Under the pieces are notes generated by a model, which was not told the DNA's origin, did not search any database, and was given only the letters and a program-made list of their open reading frames with translations. This document shows, in pieces, positions 32,777-42,351 of a stretch of DNA of 64,000 nucleotides. The translations under genes and the position numbers were made by a program. The stretch is from contig BPKE01000001.1 of NCBI GenBank assembly GCA_026004975.1, forward strand, positions 373,788-437,787, read 5' to 3'. Numbering within the stretch: the first letter of the stretch is position 1; each line of letters opens with the position of its first letter. The stretch is from Gammaproteobacteria bacterium (lineage in GTDB: Bacteria; Pseudomonadota; Gammaproteobacteria; HTCC5015).

Positions 32777-33022
32777 ATGCGTTTCCTCCTCGTCGTCATC
32801 GTGCTGGCCATCGTCGGCCACCTGCTGCGCAAGGCCCTGCGCCCACCCCCGCGGGGCGGCGAGACGCGACCGGCGCAACCCGAAACCATGGTGCGCTGCG
32901 CCCTGTGCGACCTGCATCTGCCGCGGTCCGAGGCGCTCGCCGAAGGCGAACGACACTTCTGCTGCGCGGACCACCGCCGGCGCTGGCGGGAACGCGCCGA
33001 GGCCCAGCGCGGCCGGAACTGA
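32777..33022 (+). CDS. small membrane-anchored Cys-rich protein (PP0621-family-like; tentative)
   Basis: 81 aa with an N-terminal TM segment (MRFLLVVIVLAIVGHLL) followed by CALCDLHLPRSEAL...HFCCADH. Immediately upstream of the kinase gene. Confidence 0.65.
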   Translation: MRFLLVVIVLAIVGHLLRKALRPPPRGGETRPAQPETMVRCALCDLHLPRSEALAEGERHFCCADHRRRWRERAEAQRGRN

Positions 33023-33031
33023 ACGGGCGGC

Positions 33032-34678
33032 ATGCCGAGCCCGCTCGCCAAGCTGCGCCAACGCCACCGGGATGTGCTGGAAGGCGCCGAGCGCTGGTAC
33101 GCCCTGCGGCTGCTCGCGCTCTACCGCCTGTTCATCCTGGTGCTGCTGCTCTCCTTGGCGCACGGCGATTTCGCGCCCGTCGCCCTGGGCGACCGCTCAC
33201 CGGCCCTGTTCGCCGCCGCCGGCGCCACCGGCCTCGCCCTCGCCCTGCTCTGGCTGCTCCTCATCCACCTGCGGCGTCCCGAACACACCCTGCAAGCCCA
33301 GCTCCAGGTGCTCGGCGACATCGCCGTCGGCGTCCTGCTGATGCACGCCAGCGGCGGGGTCGCCAGCGGCCTGGGCATCCTGCTGGTCGTCAACGTCGCC
33401 GCCGCGGCGCTCATCTTGAGCCAGGTCGAAGGGTTGTTCTTCGCCGCCCTGGCCAGCCTCGCCGTGCTCGGCGAAGCCGTCTACACCGACCTGCTCGGGC
33501 ACCGCGCGCCCTCCTACCCCCAAGCCGCGGCCCTCGGCGCCGCCTTCTTCGGCGTCACCCTGTTGCTCGCCGCCATCAAGCGGCGGCTCTTGGAAAGCGA
33601 GCGCATCGCCGAGCAGCGCGAATTGGACCTCGCCAACCTCGGCCAGTTGAACGAGCACATCGTCCAGCACATGGACAGCGGCGTGATCGTCGTCGACCCG
33701 GCCGGGACCATCCGCCTCATCAACGCCGCCGCCCGCCTGCAACTCAACGCCCCCGACCTCGCGCCGTCCACGCCCCTCGAACGGCTCTCCGCCGATCTGG
33801 CCTCACGGCTCACCCTGTGGCGCGAGGCCCCCGAACAACCCGTGCCGCGGCTGCGCAGCCCCGGCAACCCTTTCGAACTGCAGCCCCGCTTCACCCCGCT
33901 GGGCCCCGGCGGCCGCGCCGGCACCCTGATCCTGCTCGAAGACACCACCCCCTACTCGCGCGAATTCCAGAACATGAAGCTGGCCTCGCTGGGCCGCCTC
34001 ACCGCCAGCATCGCCCACGAAATCCGCAACCCCCTCTCGGCCATCCGCCACGCCGCCCAACTGCTCGCCGAAGCCGAACAACCCGGCCCGCAGGAACGGC
34101 GCCTGATCGAAATCATTCTCCAGCAGAGCGAACGCATCAACGGCATCATCGACAACATCCTGCAACTGTCGGTCAAGCGGCGCGGCGAACCCGTCGAACT
34201 CGAACTCGCCCCTTGGTTGCGCGAGCTGGCCGAAGAATTCGCGAGCCGGCACGGCGACGCGCTCGTCGAACTCGACCTCGACCTGCAACCGGGCGCCAGC
34301 GCCCTGGTCGATCCCGGCCAGCTTCACCAGATCGTCTGGAACCTGTGCAGCAACGCCCTGCGCCACGGCGCCGGGCCCGACGGCCGGCTGCAGCTCACCC
34401 TGGGCTGCGCGCAGCGGCCCGACGGCGGCGCCGCCCTGTTCGTCGCCGACCGTGGTCCGGGAGTCCCCCCCGCGCTTCAGGATAAGATTTTCGAGCCGTT
34501 CTTCTCCGGCGGCGCCGGCGGCAGCGGGCTCGGGTTGTACATCGTCCGCGAACTGTGCGCCTTCAACGGCGCGCAGATCCAGTTGCAAACCCGCCCCGGC
34601 GGCGGCGCCCTGTTCCGCATCGACTTTCCATCGCCGCGCCAGGCCGCGGCCCACTGGCCAACGAGGGAGAGCGAATGA
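33032..34678 (+). CDS. sensor histidine kinase, PilS/NtrB-like
   Basis: Multi-TM N-terminal region. H-box LGRLTASIAHEIRNPLSAI. N and G boxes WNLCSNALRHG, DRGPGV, GGSGLGLYIVREL. Confidence 0.88.
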   Translation: MPSPLAKLRQRHRDVLEGAERWYALRLLALYRLFILVLLLSLAHGDFAPVALGDRSPALFAAAGATGLALALLWLLLIHLRRPEHTLQAQLQVLGDIAVGVLLMHASGGVASGLGILLVVNVAAAALILSQVEGLFFAALASLAVLGEAVYTDLLGHRAPSYPQAAALGAAFFGVTLLLAAIKRRLLESERIAEQRELDLANLGQLNEHIVQHMDSGVIVVDPAGTIRLINAAARLQLNAPDLAPSTPLERLSADLASRLTLWREAPEQPVPRLRSPGNPFELQPRFTPLGPGGRAGTLILLEDTTPYSREFQNMKLASLGRLTASIAHEIRNPLSAIRHAAQLLAEAEQPGPQERRLIEIILQQSERINGIIDNILQLSVKRRGEPVELELAPWLRELAEEFASRHGDALVELDLDLQPGASALVDPGQLHQIVWNLCSNALRHGAGPDGRLQLTLGCAQRPDGGAALFVADRGPGVPPALQDKIFEPFFSGGAGGSGLGLYIVRELCAFNGAQIQLQTRPGGGALFRIDFPSPRQAAAHWPTRESE

Positions 34679-36012
34679 CCCTGCCGCGCATCCTCATCGT
34701 CGACGACGAACCGGACCTGTGCGAGCTGCTGGAAATCACCCTCTCGCGCATGAAGCTCAACACCGCCTCGGCGCAGAACCTCGCCGCCGCCAAGCGGCTG
34801 ATGGAAGAAAAACACTTCGACCTGGTGCTCACCGACATGCGTCTGCCCGACGGCGACGGCCTGGACTTCGTCGAGTGGGTGCAACGACGCCATCCCGGCA
34901 CGCCCATCGCCGTGATCACCGCCCACGGCAACATGGAAGCCGCCATCCGCGCCCTCAAGTCCGGCGCCTTCGACTTCATCTCCAAGCCCCTGGACCTCAA
35001 GCAACTGCGCCAACTGGTCGCTTCCGCCCTCAAGCTCGGCCCCGCCGCCGGGGCCGAGAACCGCCCCGACCAGCCCCTGCTGCTCGGCGAATCGCCCGCC
35101 ATGCAGCAACTGAAGAAAACCATCGCCAAGCTCGCCCGCAGCCAGGCCCCCGTCCACATCCACGGCGAATCGGGCACCGGCAAGGAACTGGTCGCCCGCC
35201 TCATCCACGCCCAGAGCGCGCGGCGCGACGGCCCCTTCGTCGCCGTCAACTGCAGCGCCATCCCCTCCGAGCTGATGGAAAGCGAATTCTTCGGCCACCT
35301 CAAGGGCAGCTTCACCGGCGCCGTCAGCGACAAGCAAGGCCTGTTCGCCGCCGCCAGCGGCGGCACCCTGTTCCTCGACGAAATCGCCGAACTGCCCGTC
35401 CCCATGCAGGTCAAGCTGCTGCGCGCCATTCAGGAACGCGCCGTCCGCCCCGTCGGCGGCACCCACGAACTGCCCGTCGACGTGCGCATCCTGAGCGCCT
35501 CGCACAAGGATCTCGACCGCCTCGTCGCCGAGGGGCAATTCCGCCAGGACCTCTATTACCGCATCAACGTCATCCGCATCGACGTGCCGCCGCTGCGCGA
35601 GCGGCGTGAAGACATCCCCCTGCTCGCCACCCGCATCCTCGAAACCATCGGCGCCAAGCAGGGCCAAAGCTACACCCTGAGCGACGCCGCCCTCGCCGCC
35701 CTGCAGCAACACCGCTTCCCCGGCAACGTGCGGGAACTGGAAAACATCCTCGAGCGCGCCGCCGCCCTGTGCGAAGGCAATCTCATCCGCCCCGAAGACC
35801 TGGGCTTGAACGGCGGCCTCGCCGCCGCACCCCCGCCCGGCCGGACCGAGGAGGGCGACCTGCCCCTCGACGACCGGCTCGAAGAAGAAGAACGCCGCAC
35901 CATCCTCGAGGCCCTGGAAGCGACGCGGTGGAACAAGACCCGCGCCGCCGAGCGCCTCGGCATCAGCTTCAGGCAACTGCGCTACCGCATCAAGAAACTG
36001 GGCATCGAATGA
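34675..36012 (+). CDS. sigma54-dependent response regulator, PilR/NtrC-like
   Basis: The ATG overlaps the kinase stop (ATGA). Receiver domain (LIVDDEPDL...[11 protein letters not shown]), AAA+ domain ([24 protein letters not shown]) and Fis-type HTH ([26 protein letters not shown]). Confidence 0.9.
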   Translation: MTLPRILIVDDEPDLCELLEITLSRMKLNTASAQNLAAAKRLMEEKHFDLVLTDMRLPDGDGLDFVEWVQRRHPGTPIAVITAHGNMEAAIRALKSGAFDFISKPLDLKQLRQLVASALKLGPAAGAENRPDQPLLLGESPAMQQLKKTIAKLARSQAPVHIHGESGTGKELVARLIHAQSARRDGPFVAVNCSAIPSELMESEFFGHLKGSFTGAVSDKQGLFAAASGGTLFLDEIAELPVPMQVKLLRAIQERAVRPVGGTHELPVDVRILSASHKDLDRLVAEGQFRQDLYYRINVIRIDVPPLRERREDIPLLATRILETIGAKQGQSYTLSDAALAALQQHRFPGNVRELENILERAAALCEGNLIRPEDLGLNGGLAAAPPPGRTEEGDLPLDDRLEEEERRTILEALEATRWNKTRAAERLGISFRQLRYRIKKLGIE

Positions 36013-36101
36013 ATGCACCGCCCTCGATGCTCGAGCGCCTCCGGCCGCGGGCATCGCGGGCGGTTGCGGTCGATGGCCTCCATGGCGATGGCGGCAAAGC
36101 T

Positions 36102-36803
36102 TCACCGCCATTTAAGCGGCGGGATCGGGACAGGCCGACAGGCTGCCTCACTTCCCCGATCTCGGGCGTTCTCTAAGCACCCGCAGGCGGGTGGATCGAT
36201 GTCTGCCGCGAGCTCGCCCTTGCGCAGCGCCGCCCGCGGGCCGCTCGCATCGAAAAGCGCCTGCGCCGCGAGGGGCACGACGGCATCACGGCCCGCTCGG
36301 GTGCTCACTCCTGCGGCGATACCGGGGAAAACGCGGACAACCACCAAAACGCGCTGGCGCGGATCGACATACGGCGCGTCGATCGTTCGATCACGTCGCG
36401 CACGCCACACCGCGGCCCCGAAGGCCGACGCAACGAGCGGATACGCCCTCGACACAGGACGCCAATCACCGCCTTGCAACGGCGACGCTCCCGAACCGGG
36501 ATAGCGAAACCACGGCAAACGAGCCGTGACGAGCAGCGCGACGAGCGCCGCGGCGAGCCGGATTCGGCTCATGCGTCGCAAGGACTCGCCTTCGGCATCG
36601 AAGGCGGTTTCACTTTCTTGCGCTGCGCGCCCTACCGACACCCAACGCGATTTTTCGATCTTTGCCATCGCCGCATCGGCCGGAACCGCCCGTCGATTCG
36701 GCTCGTCGGAGAAGACTTCGACTTCCTGCGAAAATGCCTCAAGGCATGTCTTTTCCGCGGGATGGCTCAACAGCGTAGAAATCGCCGCCTGGAGGGCCTG
36801 CAT
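36102..36803 (-). CDS. hypothetical single-pass membrane or secreted protein (weak call; alternative start 36572)
   Basis: This is the only plausible ORF in the visibly lower-GC 1.2-kb gap. It has an internal hydrophobic segment MSRIRLAAALVALLVTA, and its codon usage looks atypical for the window. No family recognised. Confidence 0.3.
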   Translation of the reverse strand: MQALQAAISTLLSHPAEKTCLEAFSQEVEVFSDEPNRRAVPADAAMAKIEKSRWVSVGRAAQESETAFDAEGESLRRMSRIRLAAALVALLVTARLPWFRYPGSGASPLQGGDWRPVSRAYPLVASAFGAAVWRARRDRTIDAPYVDPRQRVLVVVRVFPGIAAGVSTRAGRDAVVPLAAQALFDASGPRAALRKGELAADIDPPACGCLENARDRGSEAACRPVPIPPLKWR

Positions 36804-37218
36804 CTTCCATTCCCGCCGTTGCCGCACAAAGACGCCTCGAGCTCGTCGAGGCGCGCCGAGGGCATGGCTTCCCATGATTCTCCAACATCGCGAGGGCGGC
36901 ATCGACACCGCCCCGATCCGCTTGGGGTTGCGCCGGCCGCATGCCCGTCAACCCGGCGGCCTTCTTCTTGCCTCGCCCAGCGTTTTCAAAGCTCTGCGAA
37001 GCGTTTGTGCGCTTCCAAGGATCCGGCCATTTTTTTCCGATCGGATTCGGCGCCCATACGCCCCCCAGGCGATGCCCCGGGAAGGGGAAAACGGCATCCG
37101 CCCTCAAGCATTGCACGGACCCGGCGCTCGCCCAGGAAGTCACGGCGGCATGCGACCGTCGCCGCTGTCGCTCGAGCGAGCCACGAGGGCCGCTCGGTCG
37201 CCGAGCAACCGACCGGCT

Positions 37219-40200
37219 TCAGAATTTGCCGACGAGGTTGATGAAGGCGCCCTGGCTGTCGTAGTCCAGGTCGGTGAGGTCGTCGGAGAAGTCGGTGAAG
37301 TTGTAGCCGACGCCGAGCTTGACGTGGCGGCCGAGGTGTTTGTAGAGGGCGGTGAGGAAGCCGGCGCGTTCGTCCTGGGCTTGTTCGACGGCGAGGCGGC
37401 GCCCTTCGATGAGCCAGTCCCAGCTGTGCACGAGGTGCCAGTCGACGCGCAGGATGGTGAGGTCGGCGTTGCTGGCGAAGAACTCGGGGTTGCTGCGGTC
37501 CAGGGCGACTTCGCCCAGGCGCCGCGCCCATTTGGCGCCGAGGGTCCAGCGCGCCGTGAGGCGGTAGTTGCCGTCGATGGAGAGGATGCGGCTTTTCTGG
37601 ATGAATTCGCTGCGGGTGCCGGGCAGGCTTTCTTGTTCGGGCGCGGGCAGGTTTTCGAACCAGGTGAGTTTGAACAGCAGATTGAGCCGGTCGTGGGCGA
37701 CGGGCCGGTAGGCGTAGCCGAGGACGGCTTCGGTGAAGTCGCCGTCGTAGAAGGCGCCGCGGTTGGAACGGCTGCGCGCGGCGTTGTACTTGGCCAGCAG
37801 GCGGCCGTCGTCGCCGAGCCGCCATTCGAGGTTGGAACGCCACAGCCGGGTGGTGCGCCGGTCCTGGAGGCTGGCGTCTTCGCGCCATTCGAGGGCGGCG
37901 GCGGCACGCAGCGCATCGCCGCGCCAGCCGGTGGAGAAGCTGTAGGCGGAACGGTCGAGGACCAGGCCGGTGAAGGGGTCTTGGAGTTCGCCGCGTTCCA
38001 CGGCCAGACCCAGGGCGAGGGTCTCGACGGGGTTCCAGTCGAGCCCCCAGGCGTGGGTGAGGCCGCTGGGCTGCTCGCCGAAGGCGTAGCGTTCTTCGCC
38101 GTAGACGCTCAAGGCGTCGCTGTAGCGGCTGCGCAGGCCGACCAGCCCCCGGCCCTGCCGGCCGCCGCTGCGCCCGGCCAGGCGGCTGAAGTCGTCGCGG
38201 TCGGTGTCCACCTGGTAGGCGAAATAGAGTTGGGTGCGGTCGCTGGCGAGGAAGTCGAGGCCCAGGCGGCCGCCGGCGCCGAGGTCGCCGTCGGAGATTT
38301 CGCCGTCGAGCCGCCAGCGGTCGGAAAGCTGGTAGCGGCCCCCGACGCCGATGCGGTCGTTCTCGGCGCGGCCGCCGGCGGTGTCGAGGGTGCTCTGGAG
38401 GAAGCCGTAGCCGGTCCAGCGGTCGCGGCTGTCGTAGGCGACTTCCAGGCCGAGGTCGGTGCGTTCGCCGAGGGCGTCGGCCGGCAGCAGGCTGCCGGCA
38501 CGTTGGTCTTCGCGCCGGTCGCGGCGCAGGGCGGAACCGAGGCGCCAGTGTTCGTCGAGGGTGTAGCGCGCTTCGAGTTCGGCGGCTTCGCTGTCCAGGC
38601 CCTGTTGCTGGCGATGGGCGTCGAAGCGGCCGGCGACGGTCCAGCGCGACCCGATCGGCAGTTCGAGGTCGAGGCCGTGTTGTTCGGTCTCGAGCGGGGC
38701 GAGTTGGCCGGGGGCCGCGAAACCGGCTTCGCGCTGCTGCAGGTAGAGGCGCAGGCGCCCTTCGAAGTCGAAGAGCTCGGAGAACAACCCGGCGGCTTCC
38801 AGGCGCCAGGCGCCGTGGGCCCGGTCGTCGGCGGCGTCGAGGGTCTGGTCGAAGAAGTTGAAACCGCCGTCTTCGGACAGGCGCTGGCTCCAGCCGGGAC
38901 CGCGGCTGCGGGCGCTTTCGAGTTTGACATAGGTCTGGGCGGTCTTGCGCAGCACGAGGTCGACGCCGCCGAGTTCGGCGCGCTCGCCGAAGCGGTCTTC
39001 GTCGGCGGCGGTGAGCCCGAGCTGCAGGTGGTCGCCGAACCAGTGGGCGAGGCGCAGGCCGCGGCTGGTGTCGTCGATCTCTTCGAAGCCGGGGGTGTAT
39101 TCGTAGCGGGCGACGAGGAAGACGGGGTGCCCGCCCAGGCCGTCGGTCTGGACGATGCGCCCGTCGTCGGCGGTGGACGGCAGGGGCTGGTTGAGCAGGA
39201 TGCGGCCCTGGATGTAGTCGATGTCGTAGTCCTGGCCCCAGACGAGTTCGCGGGTGGACAGGACGATGCCGGAGTCCTTGTCGCGCACTTCGATGCGCAG
39301 GCGTTCGGAGCCCTGGGTGATGTCGCGGTTGCGCAGGTAGTAGAGGGAGCCGCCGGTGCCGCGGAATTCGTCGCGGGCGAGGACGGTGCCGGGCTGGGCG
39401 AGGTAGAGTTCGCCGCGGCTGCGCCGTTCGCCCAGTTCGGTGACGGCGTCGCTTTCCAGGTGCAGTTGCGCGCCGTAGAGGACGCGGTCGACCTGGGCGA
39501 GTTCGGTGTCGAGCCAGCGCGCCTTGAAGTTGCCCCACAGGACGTGGTCCTGGTCTTTTTCGGCGCGCAGGTAGAAGCGGCCGGAGGTGGGCGCGTCTTC
39601 GATGAGGACGCTGTCGTCGCCGAAGGTGGGGTAGTGGCGGTCGGGGTCGAGGCGCCGGAACAGGGTGTCGGGGTCTTTCTTGTCGAAGTTGCTGAACAAC
39701 TCGTCGATCGGTTGCTCGCGGGTGTCGGCGCTGGCGGTGACGGTCCAGCCGCCTTCGGTGCGCCCCTTGGTGTAGAAGGCGAGCCGGCCGTCGGCCCAGA
39801 ATTCGCTGTTGTAGTGGGTCGGATCCTGGGTGACGAGGCTGGCCGGGCCGTTGGTTTCGTCGCGACCGAGGACCAGGTCGGCGAGCCCGACCAGGAACCA
39901 GTCGTTTTCGGCCATGTGCAGGTCGCGCAGGTAGAGGCGGCCGTTCCCCCGTTCGTCCAGCACGGCGACTTCGACCGTGTGGTAACCCGGGGGCACGATT
40001 TGTTCGGCGACGAAGCGGCCGTCTTCGCCGACCGGGACGCGCCGGCCCATGACCCAGACGCGGTGCCCCGGCGGCAGGTTGCGGCCGGCGACGGTGACGA
40101 CGCCGCCGCGGACGGGGATCCGGCGCTGGGCGAGGCGGCTCTCACCCCAACCGGCGCGCTCGATCTCGGCCTCGAGCGCCTCGGCGGCGGCCGGGTCGAG

Positions 40201-42351
40201 CACGCGCGAGACCAGCCAGATCGGCTGCGGCTCGGTCTGGTCCCAGCGGCCTTCGGCGTCGTAGACGCGCAGCACGTACTTCAGGGGCTGGACGGGCCCG
40301 GCGAAGGGTTCGAGCGGCGGCGGGGTCCACCATTCGGCCTGGCCGTCGTCGTTTAGCGGCAAAACGGCGAGCGGCTCGGCCTGGAGGCTGTCTTCGGCGT
40401 GGTGGATGCGCACTTCGGCGCGGGCGATGAAGGCGCTGTAGTTGCTGTAGGCGACGAAGCGGATCTTGTTTTCCATGCGCCGCGTGGCCGGGTCGTCCCA
40501 GTCGCTCAGGTAGGGCGGCAGGGCCTGGATGTCGAGCCGCGGCGCGGCGCCCAGGGGGTCGTAGCGCAGTTGCAGATCGGCTTCGGCCAGGGCGCGGTCG
40601 ATGCAGCGCTGTTCGTCGGCGCCGTGGCGGCGGCCGTCGTCGACGGGTTGCCCGTCCACGCTGATGCGGATCGGCTGGAGCAGGAAGGGGCTGACGGGCG
40701 GTTCGTCGACCTGGACGCGCTCGATGACCAGGTTGGGGTCTTCGACGAGTTCGGCCGCTTCTTCGTAGAGGAATTCGAGTTCGACGCGGTTGTCGCGCGG
40801 GTCGACGGTGCCCTCCTCTTCCGCGCCGGCGGCCTCGAAGCGCAGGCGGGCGAAGGGCGAGTCGTCGGCGCGCCGGTACGGCTCGAGGAAGCCGCGCCCT
40901 TCGGTGAGCAGGCGGTCTTCGGGCAGGCCGAGGCGGCGCGCGAGTTCGGCCTTGACGCGCTCGGCGCGCGCCAGGGAGAGCTTGAAGTGGTCGCCGTAGA
41001 GGGCGGCGGCGCGGCGGCTGAGGGCCTCGTTGCTGGTGTGGCCCACGACGTTGATGCGCAGCCCGGGCTTGTCGCGCAGGGTGTCGAGGATGCGCCGCAC
41101 GCTTTCGAAGAAGCCGTTGGGATAGACCGGGTCGCCGGCCTTGAAGAAGACGACGGGTTTTTCGTCCTGGTAGACGGCGGTGACGGTTTCGCTCTGCGCG
41201 GCGCCGGGACAGGGCCGCGGGGTTTCGACGGCTTCGGGGTCGGGGTCGTCGTGCCAGATCTCGATTTCGATGCGGCGGTTCAGGGCGCGGCCCTGGGCGT
41301 CGGCGTTGGAGGCCACCGGCTCGGTCTCGCCCTTGCCGACGGCGGTGATCATGCGGTTGGGCAGGCGCAGCGTCTCGGCGAGTTCGCGGGCGAGGCGCCC
41401 GGCCAGGGCCTTGGAGAGGGTGAGCTTGTCGCCGTAGAGACGGGCGAGTTCGGGCGGCAGGGGCAGGTTGTCGGTGTGGGCGACGACGCGCAGCGACAGG
41501 CCGGGCAGGTCGCGCAGTTCGGCGAGCGCGTCGCGGATGCGGATCAAGTGGCGCTCGTCGAGTTCGACCTGGGTGCCGTCGTAGTGCAGGGGCGGCACGG
41601 CGCCGACGACCTGGATGCGCCGGCGCTGGCCCTGTTTGCGCTTGTACAGGCAGCGCTCGACGCGGCGGCAGACGGGGACCTGGCGCAGGCCGGGGTCTTT
41701 TTCGACGCGCTCCTGGACGCGGCGTTCTTCGATTTCGTCGTACCAGACTTGCACTTCGACGCGCCGGTTGCGGGCGCGCCCGGCCGGGGTGGCGTTGTCG
41801 GCGATCGGTTCGGCGGCGCCGCGGCCTTCGAAGGTGACCGCCTCGGGCGGCAGTCCCAGGGCGCGCTGGAAGAACTCGGCGGCCATGCGCGCCCGCGCCT
41901 CGGACAGGCCGACGTTGTCGCCGTAGAGGGCGCGGCCGCGTGGGCCGAGCGGCTGGTTGTCGGTGTGGCCGATGATGTGCAGGCGCAGGTTGGGCTTGTT
42001 TTCGAGTTCGGCGAGCACGGTGCGCAGGCGCTCGACGACGGTGTCCGGGATGTCGGCGCGGCCGGTGGCGAAACCGATCGGTTCGACGACGTCGGTGAGT
42101 TTGACGGTGCGCGCCTCGCGCTGGAGGGTGGTGCGCAACTCGACGGTGTCCTCGCCGCTCGGCCGGAAGTCGTCCTCGTCGTGCACCCAGAGGGTGAATT
42201 GGAGGTCGGGCAGGAGGCGCTCTCCGGCGGGCGGCGCCTCGGCCCGGCCGAGCACCGGCCCGCTGCAGTCGGCGCGGCCGCAGGCGCCCTGCCCGGCCGC
42301 CGGACCGGCCAGGAGCAGGGTGCAGAGCCAGGCGGCGAGACGGCGCGTCAT
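37219..42351 (-). CDS. 1,710-aa outer-membrane protein: signal peptide, three OmpA_C-like peptidoglycan-binding modules, and a very large C-terminal putative beta-barrel
   Basis: Uninterrupted frame inside track ORF 37219..43764. ATG at 42351 (MTRRLAAWLCTLLLAGPAAG). OmpA-like modules carry HIIGHTDNQPLG...LSEARARMAAEFF...NRRVEVQVW, VVAHTDNLPL...NRRIEIEIW and VVGHTSNEAL...DNRVELEF (about aa 88-527). Residues ~815-1710 show amphipathic-strand-like periodicity and end ...GVGYNFTDFSDDLTDLDYDSQGAFINLVGKF (terminal Phe). Confidence 0.85.
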   Translation of the reverse strand: MTRRLAAWLCTLLLAGPAAGQGACGRADCSGPVLGRAEAPPAGERLLPDLQFTLWVHDEDDFRPSGEDTVELRTTLQREARTVKLTDVVEPIGFATGRADIPDTVVERLRTVLAELENKPNLRLHIIGHTDNQPLGPRGRALYGDNVGLSEARARMAAEFFQRALGLPPEAVTFEGRGAAEPIADNATPAGRARNRRVEVQVWYDEIEERRVQERVEKDPGLRQVPVCRRVERCLYKRKQGQRRRIQVVGAVPPLHYDGTQVELDERHLIRIRDALAELRDLPGLSLRVVAHTDNLPLPPELARLYGDKLTLSKALAGRLARELAETLRLPNRMITAVGKGETEPVASNADAQGRALNRRIEIEIWHDDPDPEAVETPRPCPGAAQSETVTAVYQDEKPVVFFKAGDPVYPNGFFESVRRILDTLRDKPGLRINVVGHTSNEALSRRAAALYGDHFKLSLARAERVKAELARRLGLPEDRLLTEGRGFLEPYRRADDSPFARLRFEAAGAEEEGTVDPRDNRVELEFLYEEAAELVEDPNLVIERVQVDEPPVSPFLLQPIRISVDGQPVDDGRRHGADEQRCIDRALAEADLQLRYDPLGAAPRLDIQALPPYLSDWDDPATRRMENKIRFVAYSNYSAFIARAEVRIHHAEDSLQAEPLAVLPLNDDGQAEWWTPPPLEPFAGPVQPLKYVLRVYDAEGRWDQTEPQPIWLVSRVLDPAAAEALEAEIERAGWGESRLAQRRIPVRGGVVTVAGRNLPPGHRVWVMGRRVPVGEDGRFVAEQIVPPGYHTVEVAVLDERGNGRLYLRDLHMAENDWFLVGLADLVLGRDETNGPASLVTQDPTHYNSEFWADGRLAFYTKGRTEGGWTVTASADTREQPIDELFSNFDKKDPDTLFRRLDPDRHYPTFGDDSVLIEDAPTSGRFYLRAEKDQDHVLWGNFKARWLDTELAQVDRVLYGAQLHLESDAVTELGERRSRGELYLAQPGTVLARDEFRGTGGSLYYLRNRDITQGSERLRIEVRDKDSGIVLSTRELVWGQDYDIDYIQGRILLNQPLPSTADDGRIVQTDGLGGHPVFLVARYEYTPGFEEIDDTSRGLRLAHWFGDHLQLGLTAADEDRFGERAELGGVDLVLRKTAQTYVKLESARSRGPGWSQRLSEDGGFNFFDQTLDAADDRAHGAWRLEAAGLFSELFDFEGRLRLYLQQREAGFAAPGQLAPLETEQHGLDLELPIGSRWTVAGRFDAHRQQQGLDSEAAELEARYTLDEHWRLGSALRRDRREDQRAGSLLPADALGERTDLGLEVAYDSRDRWTGYGFLQSTLDTAGGRAENDRIGVGGRYQLSDRWRLDGEISDGDLGAGGRLGLDFLASDRTQLYFAYQVDTDRDDFSRLAGRSGGRQGRGLVGLRSRYSDALSVYGEERYAFGEQPSGLTHAWGLDWNPVETLALGLAVERGELQDPFTGLVLDRSAYSFSTGWRGDALRAAAALEWREDASLQDRRTTRLWRSNLEWRLGDDGRLLAKYNAARSRSNRGAFYDGDFTEAVLGYAYRPVAHDRLNLLFKLTWFENLPAPEQESLPGTRSEFIQKSRILSIDGNYRLTARWTLGAKWARRLGEVALDRSNPEFFASNADLTILRVDWHLVHSWDWLIEGRRLAVEQAQDERAGFLTALYKHLGRHVKLGVGYNFTDFSDDLTDLDYDSQGAFINLVGKF

